Of a stretch of DNA of 32,000 nt, positions 7,467 to 16,547 are shown one piece after another (the first letter of the stretch is position 1; the number at the start of each line of letters is the position of its first letter). The position numbers were made by a program, and so were the translations under genes. This DNA comes from Pyrobaculum aerophilum str. IM2 (lineage in GTDB: Archaea > Thermoproteota > Thermoprotei > Thermoproteales > Thermoproteaceae): the NCBI RefSeq assembly GCF_000007225.1, contig NC_003364.1:2160001-2192000 (forward strand). The letters run 5' to 3'. Below the pieces are notes generated by a model. That model made no database searches. It was not told where the DNA came from and saw only the letters and a list, made by a program, of their open reading frames with translations.

Positions 7467-7485
7467 CTCTCTTTTTAATGAAACT

Positions 7486-10400
7486 ATGCTTAAAACAACT
7501 AGGCGGCGGATGTTAGCCGGCGTTGCTACTATAAGCGCGGCAGCTTGGGTAATGGCGTTGGCCCAGAATTTGCAATATTTACAGCCGCTGGCGCAGTTTG
7601 TAAACACGAGGCTTCAATACCCTGACAGGTCGTGGGAGGAGCTCTACCGCCGCCGCTGGCAGTACGACAAAGTGGCCAGGTCTACACACGGCGTTAATTG
7701 CACCGGCTCTTGCTCGTGGAATGTGTACGTCAAGGACGGCCTTATAGTGTGGGAGCTACAGGCCACGGACTACCCGGACATCTCGCCGGACATACCCAAT
7801 TACGAGCCCAGGGGATGCCCGAGGGGGGCCAGTTTTTCGTGGTACGTATACTCGCCCTTGAGGGTGAAATATCCCTACGTCAGAGGGGTACTCATAGACA
7901 TGTACCGGAGGTTTAAACAAGAGACCGGCGATCCAGTGGAGGCGTGGCGCCGCATTGTGGAGGATCCCGCCAATCGCGCGGCCTATCAAAAGGCAAGGGG
8001 GAAGGCCGGGTGGGCCAGGGTCACTTGGGACGAGGCCCTTGAGCTGATATCCGCGGCGTTGATATATACAATTAAAAAGTACGGCCCCGACAGAATCTAC
8101 GGCTTCACCCCCATTCCCGCCATGTCCCCCGTGAGTTACGCCTCAGGGGCGAGGTTTATTGAGCTAATCGGCGGGGCAATGGGATCGTTTTACGACTGGT
8201 ACGCCGACCTTCCCCCGGCCAGCCCTCAGATGTGGGGCGAGCAGACAGACGTCCCTGAAAGCGCCGACTGGTACCACGCCCAGTATATGATCGTGTGGGG
8301 GACTAATTTGCCAATGACTAGGACGCCCGACGCGCCTATGTACACACAGGCTAGATATAGGGGGGCGAAGGTAGTTGTAGTCAGCCCGGATTACAGCGAG
8401 CACGTCAAATTTGCCGACTTATGGCTCCCGGCATTGCCCGGCACAGACGCCGCACTGGGCTTGGCCATGGCGCACGTGGCTTTAAAAGAGTTTTACGTGG
8501 ACAAGCAGTTCAAATGCCTGAGGGAATACGCGAGGAGGTATACCGACCTCCCCTTCCTTGTTATACTAGAGCCCGCTGGAGACGGCACATACCTACAGGG
8601 GAGGTTCCTTCGGGCTTCAGACGTACCGGAGCTTAAGGATAAGGTGGGCGGAAACCCGGAGTGGAAAACAGTTGTATTGCAGAGCGACGGCACTTTGGCG
8701 GCTCCCTACGGCTCTATAGGCTTTAGATGGGATGGGAGCGGGAAGTGGAATTTAGAGCTGAAAGGAATTACGGCGAGGGGCGAGGGCGATATAGACCCTG
8801 TGCTTTCTGTAATGGAGGTGGGGAAGTATGAAAAAGTGCCGGTGAAGTTCTTCGCCATGGACTTCGACGTGAAGAGTACGGTGAGGGAAGTCCCCGCGAT
8901 TAAAATTGGCGATAAATACGTCACTACTGTATTCGACTTATTGGCGGCGCATTTAGGAGTAAAGAGAGGCGACTTGGGAGGCGATTACCCAGCTGATTAC
9001 AACGACCCCAAGCCCTTCACTCCCGCGTGGCAGGAGTCTATAACAAATATCTCGCGCGACCTAGCCATAAGAGTTGCCAGGGAGTTTATGAGCACTGCCA
9101 TTTACTCTAAGCCTGTTTACGGCAAGCCGGGCGATCCCCCGTTCTTTGGAGACGACGCCACGCCTTGTGGGGGCAGAGCTATGATATTCGTAGGTCCTGG
9201 GATTAACCACTGGTATCACGCAGATTTAATATACCGCTCAGTCTTATTATTAGTACTGCTGGGCGCCACCCAGGGCAAGAACGGCGGCGGCTGGGCCCAT
9301 TACGTGGGGCAGGAGAAAATAAGGACTCTCATCGGGTGGTCCACAATAGCCTTTGCGCTTGACTGGATAAGGCCGCCGAGGCTACAAAACTCCCCCAGCT
9401 ACTGGTACGTCCACACCGACCAATGGCGTTACGACCCGGTCACCACTAAATTATACGCCGCCACCTGGGCGAAGAAGTGGGGCGATATTCACGAAATGGA
9501 CGCCAATGTAATTGCCGTGAGGCTTGGCTGGTTGCCCTTCTACCCGTCGCTTAATGTAAACCCGCTTGAGCTAGGCGACAAGCTAGTGAGCGAGGCTAAG
9601 GCTCAAGGCGTCCCCGACGCGCAATTAGGCCAGTACGTGGCGAGGAGAGTGGCGCAGATGTTGAAAAACGGCGAGATTAAGCTGGCAATAGAAGACCCCG
9701 ACGCTCCTGAGAATTGGCCAAGGGTGTTGTTCGTCTGGAGGGCAAATCTGCTGGGCTCCTCCTCTAAGGGCCATGAATACTTCCTTAAACACTTGCTGGG
9801 CACTGACAACAACGTAATGAATAGGGAATACGCTGTGGAGGAGGGATTAGTTAAAGAGGTGAATATTAGAAAGCCGGCGCCTGAGGGCAAGCTGGACTTA
9901 TTAGTTGTGTTAGACTTCAGAATGGCAACGTCAGCGGTCTATGCGGACGTAGTACTCCCCGCGGCGACGTGGTATGAGAAATACGACTTATCCATGACAG
10001 ATCTGCACACGTTTATACATCCCTTTACGCCCGCTGTGGATCCGCCGTGGGAGGCAAAGGCCGATTGGGATATATTCAAGGAGCTCGCAAAGAAGTTCTC
10101 TGAGCTGGCTAGGAAATATCTGCCGCAAGAGGCGTATGACGTAGTGCTAACGGCTCTTCTCCACGACACGGCTCAAGAAATCGCCCAGCCGTTTGGCGAA
10201 GTGAAGGACTGGAAAAAGGGCGAGGTGGATCCCGTCCCCGGCAAGACTATGGCCGCTGTGTCTCTAGTGAGGAGGAGGTATTGGGACGTATACGACATGT
10301 ACATCACGCTGGGGCCGCTCGTAGTGACGATGGGTCTATCGACAAAGGGCATACCCGCGTTTAAACCCGTGGAGAGCTATAACTGGCTGAGGGAGATAAA

Positions 10401-11370
10401 CGGCTTGACAAGCGCTACGTCGCAATTCGTACAAGCGCAGTGCGCCAACGTAGGGGGATGCCCGAGCATTGAGAGGGATAAACAGGCGGCTGAGGCCATG
10501 CTGGCCATATCTCCTGAGTCAAACGGCGAGGTGGCCTATATGGCTTGGAGTAATTTGGAAAAAGTAGTGGGTCTTCCGTTAAAAGACCTCCCCGCTAAAG
10601 AGCACAGAATTATGTTTAACGATATCGTCGCCCAGCCGAGACGCGTGACTACCTCGCCTGTGTGGAACGGAATAGAGGCTCCCGGGAGGACTTACTCGCC
10701 ATTTACTGTAAACACAGAGAGGAAAGTGCCCTGGCGCACTCTGACAGGCCGCCAGCACTTCTACATCGACCACGAGTGGTTTAGAGAGCTGGGCGAGTCG
10801 CTTCCAGTATACAAGCGCCCGCTCGACCAAGTAATGGCCAAGTTAATTGCTGACGTTAATCTATCCGACTACTGGTACGATCCCGCCAAATATAGAGTGG
10901 AAACTCCCGGCGGCAAATACCTAGTCCTCCGCTATTTAACTCCACACGGCAAGTGGAATATACACTCTACGTATTGGGACAACCTAATTATGTTGACGTT
11001 ATTCCGCGGCGGGCAGGTGGTGTGGATTAACGACGAAGATGCTAAGTGGCTCGGCGTTAAAGATAACGACTGGATTGAGGTGTATAACGCCAACGGCGTT
11101 ATAGTGGCCAGAGTGGCCGTCAGTCCGAGAATTCCGCGGGGCACAGCCATTATGTACCACGCCCAAGAGAGGCATGTGTACGTCCCCATAAGCCCCAAGA
11201 CTGGCAAGAGGGCTGGAATTCACAACAGCGTCACTATAACTCACCTCAAGCCGACAAAAATGGTGGGCGGCTATGCGCAGTTGAGCTGGTCCTTTAATTA
11301 CTACGGCCCCACTGGCGTAAATAGAGACACTCTAGTAGTAGTAAGACCCGCCGGCAGGGTGAGGCTATGA
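7486..11370 (+). CDS. narG: Respiratory nitrate reductase catalytic subunit NarG with an N-terminal twin-arginine (Tat) signal, i.e. the outward-facing pNar type
   Basis: The track ORF starts at 7417. The ATG at 7486 instead gives MLKTTRRRMLAGVATISAAAWVMALAQ, a textbook Tat signal, and lies about 30 nt after the TATA box. HGVNCTGSCSWNVYVKDG is the H-x3-C-x3-C FS0 cluster motif of NarG. The size (~1294 aa) fits the molybdopterin oxidoreductase family. The stop overlaps the narH start (ATGA). Confidence 0.92.
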   Translation: MLKTTRRRMLAGVATISAAAWVMALAQNLQYLQPLAQFVNTRLQYPDRSWEELYRRRWQYDKVARSTHGVNCTGSCSWNVYVKDGLIVWELQATDYPDISPDIPNYEPRGCPRGASFSWYVYSPLRVKYPYVRGVLIDMYRRFKQETGDPVEAWRRIVEDPANRAAYQKARGKAGWARVTWDEALELISAALIYTIKKYGPDRIYGFTPIPAMSPVSYASGARFIELIGGAMGSFYDWYADLPPASPQMWGEQTDVPESADWYHAQYMIVWGTNLPMTRTPDAPMYTQARYRGAKVVVVSPDYSEHVKFADLWLPALPGTDAALGLAMAHVALKEFYVDKQFKCLREYARRYTDLPFLVILEPAGDGTYLQGRFLRASDVPELKDKVGGNPEWKTVVLQSDGTLAAPYGSIGFRWDGSGKWNLELKGITARGEGDIDPVLSVMEVGKYEKVPVKFFAMDFDVKSTVREVPAIKIGDKYVTTVFDLLAAHLGVKRGDLGGDYPADYNDPKPFTPAWQESITNISRDLAIRVAREFMSTAIYSKPVYGKPGDPPFFGDDATPCGGRAMIFVGPGINHWYHADLIYRSVLLLVLLGATQGKNGGGWAHYVGQEKIRTLIGWSTIAFALDWIRPPRLQNSPSYWYVHTDQWRYDPVTTKLYAATWAKKWGDIHEMDANVIAVRLGWLPFYPSLNVNPLELGDKLVSEAKAQGVPDAQLGQYVARRVAQMLKNGEIKLAIEDPDAPENWPRVLFVWRANLLGSSSKGHEYFLKHLLGTDNNVMNREYAVEEGLVKEVNIRKPAPEGKLDLLVVLDFRMATSAVYADVVLPAATWYEKYDLSMTDLHTFIHPFTPAVDPPWEAKADWDIFKELAKKFSELARKYLPQEAYDVVLTALLHDTAQEIAQPFGEVKDWKKGEVDPVPGKTMAAVSLVRRRYWDVYDMYITLGPLVVTMGLSTKGIPAFKPVESYNWLREINGLTSATSQFVQAQCANVGGCPSIERDKQAAEAMLAISPESNGEVAYMAWSNLEKVVGLPLKDLPAKEHRIMFNDIVAQPRRVTTSPVWNGIEAPGRTYSPFTVNTERKVPWRTLTGRQHFYIDHEWFRELGESLPVYKRPLDQVMAKLIADVNLSDYWYDPAKYRVETPGGKYLVLRYLTPHGKWNIHSTYWDNLIMLTLFRGGQVVWINDEDAKWLGVKDNDWIEVYNANGVIVARVAVSPRIPRGTAIMYHAQERHVYVPISPKTGKRAGIHNSVTITHLKPTKMVGGYAQLSWSFNYYGPTGVNRDTLVVVRPAGRVRL

Positions 11371-12788
11371 ACGTCCGGGCCCAGATAACAATGGCGATGA
11401 ATTTAGACAAGTGCATTGGTTGCCATACTTGTTCCGTAACGTGTAAAAACGTGTGGACTAACCGCGCCGGCGCTGAGTATATGTGGTGGAACAACGTCGA
11501 GACAAGGCCCGGCCCAGGCTACCCGCGGCAGTGGGAAGACCAGAATAAGTACAACGGCGGCTGGGCCCTCGACGGAGGAAAGCTGAAGCTCAAGATAGAA
11601 CTGACTAAAAACTACAAGCCGCCCTCTTTAAAAGACTACTACGAGCCGTGGACTTACGACTATGAAGCGCTCTTCTCAGACAAGCAGACAGATCAACAGC
11701 CAGTCGCCAGGCCGATCTCGCTTATAACAGACGAGCCCATGGACGTCGCCTACGGCCCCAATTGGAACGACGACTTGGCGGGCACTGACTATATATTGGA
11801 GGACCCCAATCTAGACGGGTTGCAAAGGGAGATCTACGCCCAGTTTAAAGACGTGTTTATGATGTACCTGCCCAGGATATGTAACCACTGCCTCAACCCG
11901 TCTTGTCTTGCGGCATGTCCGAGAAAGGCTATATACAAGAGGGAGGAGGACGGGATTGTCCTAATAGATCAAAACAGGTGCAGGGGGTATAGGTATTGCG
12001 TCGCCGCGTGTCCATACAAGAAAGTGTACTACAACTGGAAGACCGGCAAGTCGGAGAAGTGTATCCTCTGCTATCCGAGCGTCGAGGCGGGCCAGCCCAC
12101 TGTCTGCTCTCTGACGTGTGTGGGGAAGATTAGGTACATGGGAGTACTGCTTTACGACGCCGATAAGGTGTTAGACGTGGCGGCCACCCCGGACCCGGCC
12201 CAATTAGTTAGGAGGTTTATAGACGAGGTGTTGCTGGACCCGTTCGATCCCGCCGTAATAGAAGCCGCTAGGAAAAACGGCATCCCCGACTACTGGATCA
12301 CAGCGGCTCAGAGATCGCCGGTGTATAAAATTGTGAAGAAGTGGAAAGTGGGCTTTCCGCTACGCCCAGAGTTCAGGGTGTTGCCCATGGTGTTTTACGT
12401 GCCTCCGCTGAGCCCAGTGGTGACGACGTTTGAGAAGACCTACGGCGCACAGATCGCGGACATCTTCCCCAAGGTGTCTGAGCTGAGAATTCCCATTAAA
12501 TACCTGGCCAATATGTTCACCGGAGGCGACACGGCGTTAATCGAATCGGCGTTGAAGAAGCTCATAGCCGTGAGGATATACGAAAGGGCTAAAAACGTGG
12601 CTGAGCCCGGCCTAGCCGACAAGGCCAAGGCCGCCTTGGCGGAGGCCGGCCTCTCAGAGGCGGACGCGGAGGAGATGTACCGCCTATTTGCCTTAGCTAG
12701 ATACGAGGACAGATTCGTAATACCCACTAATCCGAAGAGATACGCCGCGCAACCACAAATAATGCGCGGCACGGTGGGGTTGCCATGA
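11367..12788 (+). CDS. narH: Nitrate reductase Fe-S subunit NarH
   Basis: The ORF encodes 473 aa. It has four ferredoxin-type Cys groups: CIGCHTCSVTCK, CNHCLNPSCLAACP, CRGYRYCVAACP and CILCYP..CSLTCVGKIRY. It is coupled to its neighbours on both sides by ATGA overlaps. Confidence 0.92.
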   Translation: MNVRAQITMAMNLDKCIGCHTCSVTCKNVWTNRAGAEYMWWNNVETRPGPGYPRQWEDQNKYNGGWALDGGKLKLKIELTKNYKPPSLKDYYEPWTYDYEALFSDKQTDQQPVARPISLITDEPMDVAYGPNWNDDLAGTDYILEDPNLDGLQREIYAQFKDVFMMYLPRICNHCLNPSCLAACPRKAIYKREEDGIVLIDQNRCRGYRYCVAACPYKKVYYNWKTGKSEKCILCYPSVEAGQPTVCSLTCVGKIRYMGVLLYDADKVLDVAATPDPAQLVRRFIDEVLLDPFDPAVIEAARKNGIPDYWITAAQRSPVYKIVKKWKVGFPLRPEFRVLPMVFYVPPLSPVVTTFEKTYGAQIADIFPKVSELRIPIKYLANMFTGGDTALIESALKKLIAVRIYERAKNVAEPGLADKAKAALAEAGLSEADAEEMYRLFALARYEDRFVIPTNPKRYAAQPQIMRGTVGLP

Positions 12789-13708
12789 GGCGCGACGTCG
12801 TCCTCCCGGGCATCGCCCTGGCGATCTCGCTACTACTGGCGTTTATGGGCGTGGTAGTGGTAACTGCCCAGCAGGGCGTAGTGACTGTTAAATACATTGC
12901 AGGCCCATTGCCGGCCGATCCGTTTTCCAACCTCTGGCCCGCCCCAGTGGAAGTGCCGCTGACTTCGCAGACGCTAGTCTATCCACTGCCCGCGGCTACT
13001 GAGACGAGGTCGATAGGCGTATCCGCCGTGTACAACGGGACGCACATAGCGTTCCTACTGACTTGGAGCGACAATACGCAAGACGTGGCGACGCCTGGAG
13101 GACTCGACGTCTTCCCAGACGCCGTGGCCGTGCAGTTCCCAGTGTCAAAGGCGCAGTTGCCGTATATATGTATGGGCACGGTGGACAACCCCGTGAATAT
13201 AATCTACTGGAGGGCTGGATTCGGGGCGGAGAATTTAGTGGCCGGCGCTGGCTACGGGCTAAATCCACAGCAGAGGGAGGCGCTGGGCTTACAAGCAACG
13301 CCGGCGTCTCCAGTAGAGCTACTGCCCGCCTCGGCGCAAGTTATAAACGCCACTGCGGCGTATAAAGACGGCAAGTGGTACGTCGTTATTATAAGGCCGC
13401 TCGGCTCTGTCCACCCGTTAATGGCCTCTCTGGCCGAGGGCTTTAGCGCCGCATTCGCGACATGGGACGGCGCAAAGGGCGAGATAGGAGGCTTAAAAGC
13501 GACAAGCGGCTGGGTCACTTTCCAGCTGGAGAAACCCGTTGCCCCCACAGCGCCGGCAACGCAAACTGTGAGAGAGACTGTGACTGTTACGCAGACAGTA
13601 ACCGCTACACAATTAGTGGAGACGACGCCTACTTGGGCCTGGGCAGTCATTGGGGTCTTGATAGCAGTAATAGCGTTGCTGGCAGGGCTGGCGCTGCGCC
13701 GTAAATAA
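12785..13708 (+). CDS. narM: NarM-like heme-b gamma subunit (EbdC/DdhC/SerC-type domain) with an N-terminal signal, a Thr/Val-rich stalk and a single C-terminal TM anchor
   Basis: The ORF encodes 307 aa. The N-terminus is a signal or anchor, MRRDVVLPGIALAISLLLAFMGVVVVTAQQ. The FPDAVAVQFPV segment is typical of the heme-b subunit of type II DMSO-reductase-family enzymes. The stalk is TQTVRETVTVTQTVTATQLVETT and the anchor is WAWAVIGVLIAVIALLAGLALRRK. It is not a NarI-type 5-TM diheme protein. Confidence 0.65.
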   Translation: MRRDVVLPGIALAISLLLAFMGVVVVTAQQGVVTVKYIAGPLPADPFSNLWPAPVEVPLTSQTLVYPLPAATETRSIGVSAVYNGTHIAFLLTWSDNTQDVATPGGLDVFPDAVAVQFPVSKAQLPYICMGTVDNPVNIIYWRAGFGAENLVAGAGYGLNPQQREALGLQATPASPVELLPASAQVINATAAYKDGKWYVVIIRPLGSVHPLMASLAEGFSAAFATWDGAKGEIGGLKATSGWVTFQLEKPVAPTAPATQTVRETVTVTQTVTATQLVETTPTWAWAVIGVLIAVIALLAGLALRRK

Positions 13709-14407
13709 ATGGATTTTTTCCTACTCCTCTTATTCCTAGAATTTTTACTGAACCGTACGTTGAACCGTCTTTGGATTTTTATTCCCCAAAACCCCTTTAC
13801 TCACGCCTTATTTCTCGGAATTCAATGGGCTGGGTACGTCTCCATGCTGGCCCTTTACGTCTACTCGTTTCTGCTCATTGGGAGCTGGGGGAAGAGAGGA
13901 GTGCCGCTGGGCGTGTTGGCCCTTGTTTTAACCGCATTAGATCTGTCAAAAGACTACTTGGGCTTCGGCGTCAAGGCGCTTTTCCTACTTCCCCTGATTT
14001 TCAGCGTGTTTTTTAAACACAGAGTGGCCATCGCCTACTCTCTTTACTACTTAGCCGAGGGGGTTATCAAACTCACCAAGCCTTTATACTTGGCCCAGCT
14101 GGAGTGGGCCTGGGCGTTACTGCCGCTTGTGGGCGGGTGGAGGTTTAGAAAAATCGCCGTTATTCTCGCCGCGCTGTTATTAGTATTAATAGCGGCCTCG
14201 CCTTATTACACAGGGATGATATTCGTCTTCGGAATGGGGCTTAGCCAAGTTTTCCTACTGCCGGCGGCGCTCTTTCTGTCCCTGTCTTCCAAGTCGAAAT
14301 ACCCCCTTTACTCCCTCCTGGTCGGCCCCTCGGTGCAACTGTCAGTACATTATATAACCCTAGCCGTTGCTACGGGATATGTTAATAGTGGGAAACGCCA
14401 GGGGTGA
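13709..14407 (+). CDS. Polytopic membrane protein (~7 TM), unknown; apparent fourth gene of the narGH-narM operon
   Basis: The ORF encodes 232 aa. Its ATG is the nucleotide directly after the narM stop. The sequence is hydrophobic throughout, and I recognise no family. Confidence 0.6.
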   Translation: MDFFLLLLFLEFLLNRTLNRLWIFIPQNPFTHALFLGIQWAGYVSMLALYVYSFLLIGSWGKRGVPLGVLALVLTALDLSKDYLGFGVKALFLLPLIFSVFFKHRVAIAYSLYYLAEGVIKLTKPLYLAQLEWAWALLPLVGGWRFRKIAVILAALLLVLIAASPYYTGMIFVFGMGLSQVFLLPAALFLSLSSKSKYPLYSLLVGPSVQLSVHYITLAVATGYVNSGKRQG

Positions 14408-15200
14408 GCTCTTCGTGGTGAAAAACGGCATTGCCAGGGGTCCGAAGGGGGTGGAAATACCAGTCCCCTGGTCTGACGAGGGCATCCATTACGGCTCTGT
14501 CGTGTTGAAGGGGAGCAGAGTGTACAAGCCCGGGGGAGAGCTAGTGGCAGAGTACAACCTGTCCCTTGTTCCATACGGGCTTTATGGAGACGGCTATGTG
14601 ATGCCCCGCTACGGGCTCTTCGTCAGGGGCGAGTCTCTTTACATCATGGACTTACGAAATTGGGCCGTGGTGAGGAGGGCGAAATGTCTGGGGAAATGGG
14701 ATTACATGCCCGTCTACCCCTTTGCCGATGAGAAGTCCCTATACTGTACAGACGGCTATATCGCCTATGTCACCCCTGTGGAATACGGCGTGATCCCGGC
14801 GCCTTGCGGGGTAAGTTATTACGTTGACGTCTTAAACCCAGGTAGGGGGATTGTGGTGGATTACGAATACACAGAGGAGGGGCTGAGCGTATTGGCAAAG
14901 GTAGTCTCTCTCCGCGGCGAGTATATCGACACAGTAGAAATGGAATTTAGGGGGGCCCGGGCGGTGGAGGTGCTGTCCTCCAATCCCTTTGCCGTATATG
15001 TTGAAGACGACAGCGGCACCTACATCTTGACTAGGGGGTCGCGCATATCTGTGGAAAAGCCGTTTTTCCTGACGCGAGCGGGGGTAGTAGTTGCCGACGT
15101 TTTAAACGGGGTAGAGAAGTTGAAATGCGTCCCCGCCCACGTCCACGGGAATTACTACGTATGTGGAGAGGAGGTGCTGGAAATAGGTGAGCGCGGTTAA
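14379..15200 (+). CDS. Hypothetical soluble beta-rich protein, unknown function
   Basis: The track ORF starts at TTG 14367. The ATG at 14379 (MLIVGNARGELFVV) sits about 26 nt after TTATATAA (14350-14357), which lies inside the 3' end of the upstream gene. I see no signal peptide or TM helix, and no recognisable motifs. Confidence 0.55.
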   Translation: MLIVGNARGELFVVKNGIARGPKGVEIPVPWSDEGIHYGSVVLKGSRVYKPGGELVAEYNLSLVPYGLYGDGYVMPRYGLFVRGESLYIMDLRNWAVVRRAKCLGKWDYMPVYPFADEKSLYCTDGYIAYVTPVEYGVIPAPCGVSYYVDVLNPGRGIVVDYEYTEEGLSVLAKVVSLRGEYIDTVEMEFRGARAVEVLSSNPFAVYVEDDSGTYILTRGSRISVEKPFFLTRAGVVVADVLNGVEKLKCVPAHVHGNYYVCGEEVLEIGERG

Positions 15201-15217
15201 CCGCATTTCTTAAATTA
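15193..15217 (+). promoter_or_regulatory. Promoter of the 15236 gene: 12-bp perfect palindrome GCGGTTAACCGC overlapping AACCGCATT, followed by the TATA box TTAAATTA
   Basis: GCGGTTAACCGC lies at 15193-15204 and contains the stop codon of the upstream gene. AACCGCATT lies at 15199-15207 and TTAAATTA at 15210-15217. The ATG is at 15236. Confidence 0.55.
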
Positions 15218-15235
15218 CGCAGCTTAATCTCTGCC

Positions 15236-15946
15236 ATGCTTCCGCGGGAGAAAAGCGTCTTGGGAATTCTCACTTTTTCCTACTTGCTGGCCGTAGCCAC
15301 ATCTCTCCCCCCGCAGAGCTTGCTGGGCGCCGTATTATTTACTGTTGCCTACGCGACTCACCTCCTGACCTTTGACCCCATTTTCTACGGGCGTAAGTGG
15401 TCGCGGATAATTGCTCTATTGGGGATAAACACTGCGCCGTACTTAATTTCCATGGCCTTTGACAGAGGCGATTTTGTAGTATACGGGGCTGGCGCGCTTC
15501 TGCTCGCGGCGTACCTCTGGCTGATGAGAATGGGCTTGGGCAGGAGCGTCCAGGGGGTGATAATCGGCACGGCCCTCCTTTCCTATACTTTCATAATTGG
15601 CAAGGCCATGTTAATGCACAGTATTGCCTTGAAGGACGTGGCTCTTGCCCTATTTTTCATAGGCTATCACGTGTCCACGGCCTATTATGTAGAGAGCAGG
15701 CTGGCTTTTAGAAAGGTGAGCCCGCTGTGGTCCTCAGCCGCCTGGCTATTAACTCTAGCAACGACGTTGCCCCTTTGGTGGGCCTTAGTCATACCGGCGT
15801 TAGAGCCCAGCGTTAAATTCCTCCTCAACACGGTTAAAAACGTAAAGGTTTCTAGACATGAAGACATTGTAAAAATGGGCTGGAGGGAATTAGCACGTTC
15901 CGCTTTACTGACGGCACTGCTCGGGGCGGCGTATTATTTAGCGTAG
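15236..15946 (+). CDS. Polytopic membrane protein (~8 TM), unknown
   Basis: The ORF encodes 236 aa of hydrophobic helices. Histidines fall in or near TM segments (YATHLLTF, LMHSIAL, IGYHVSTAYY). It has its own promoter. Confidence 0.6.
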   Translation: MLPREKSVLGILTFSYLLAVATSLPPQSLLGAVLFTVAYATHLLTFDPIFYGRKWSRIIALLGINTAPYLISMAFDRGDFVVYGAGALLLAAYLWLMRMGLGRSVQGVIIGTALLSYTFIIGKAMLMHSIALKDVALALFFIGYHVSTAYYVESRLAFRKVSPLWSSAAWLLTLATTLPLWWALVIPALEPSVKFLLNTVKNVKVSRHEDIVKMGWRELARSALLTALLGAAYYLA

Positions 15947-15986
15947 TGAATTGAGGGCGCGTTACGGAGAGACGCAGAAGCGCCCC

Positions 15987-16547
15987 CTAGGAGAGCTCTC
16001 TGCTCAGCGCTATGGCGATCGCGGCGAAGGCGGGCGCTGTTAGCGCTGTGGCTACGCTCAGCCCCTCTCTGACTAAAGACGCGGAGAAGCCGAGGGAAAG
16101 CGCCGAGGTTAAAAAAAGCGACATTATTTGTTTTGTCCTCGTGGACAGCGCTAAAAAGGCGCTGGCGGTGGATACCACTCCTAAATACGCTGGTGTGTAC
16201 ACGGCGGCTATAAAGTCAACGGGGCGGAGCGACGCGGCGGCGTATACAGCTGTATAGGAGGCGGAGGTGAGCAGGTTTAACAGCGCGGTGGCCGTTGTTT
16301 TAGCTAGGAAGAACTCCTCGTGTTTTTTCAAGAGCCGCAGCCCGTCGAGAGTGCCCAGCTCTTCCTCCCTCAAGAGGAGCAGGTGGCTGTAGAGAAATGA
16401 GGAAATTAACACGGCGGCTAAAAGCCCGCCTCGGTAGTCAACCGCCGAGAACACCAGGGCGAGCGCCGTGGCGATTAAGGCGTTTACAACGGCTAACTCC
16501 CAGTTTCGCGCCGCTATTTTCAACTCCCTTTTTAAGAAGAGGAGCAT
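15987..16547 (-). CDS. ccmB: ABC permease, CcmB-like (heme exporter membrane component)
   Basis: The ORF encodes 186 aa with about 6 TM helices. The N-terminus LKRELKIAARNWE resembles the CcmB F-x-R-E-L-R start. It overlaps the upstream ccmA-like ATPase gene by 16 nt and sits next to ccmC/E/F. Confidence 0.55.
   Translation of the reverse strand: MLLFLKRELKIAARNWELAVVNALIATALALVFSAVDYRGGLLAAVLISSFLYSHLLLLREEELGTLDGLRLLKKHEEFFLAKTTATALLNLLTSASYTAVYAAASLRPVDFIAAVYTPAYLGVVSTASAFLALSTRTKQIMSLFLTSALSLGFSASLVREGLSVATALTAPAFAAIAIALSRELS

Noticed and set aside
7417-7485. Upstream extension of narG from the ATG at 7417 (MQRGFRRVFLAYILLKTSLFNET).
   Set aside because: It would place the TATA box (7450-7466) inside the coding sequence and bury the Tat signal 23 residues in. 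The ATG at 7486 gives a canonical RRR signal at the N-terminus and correct promoter spacing.
12785-13708. Calling the third nar gene NarI (the diheme-b, 5-TM gamma subunit).
   Set aside because: It has only an N-terminal signal and one C-terminal TM, with a large soluble domain carrying an EbdC/DdhC-like FPDAVAVQFP segment. That is a NarM-type subunit, not NarI.
15236-15946. Possible YwiC-like protein (a membrane protein found next to nar genes in Bacillus).
   Set aside because: I could not find the N-terminal motif I associate with that family. The resemblance is only in size and TM count.
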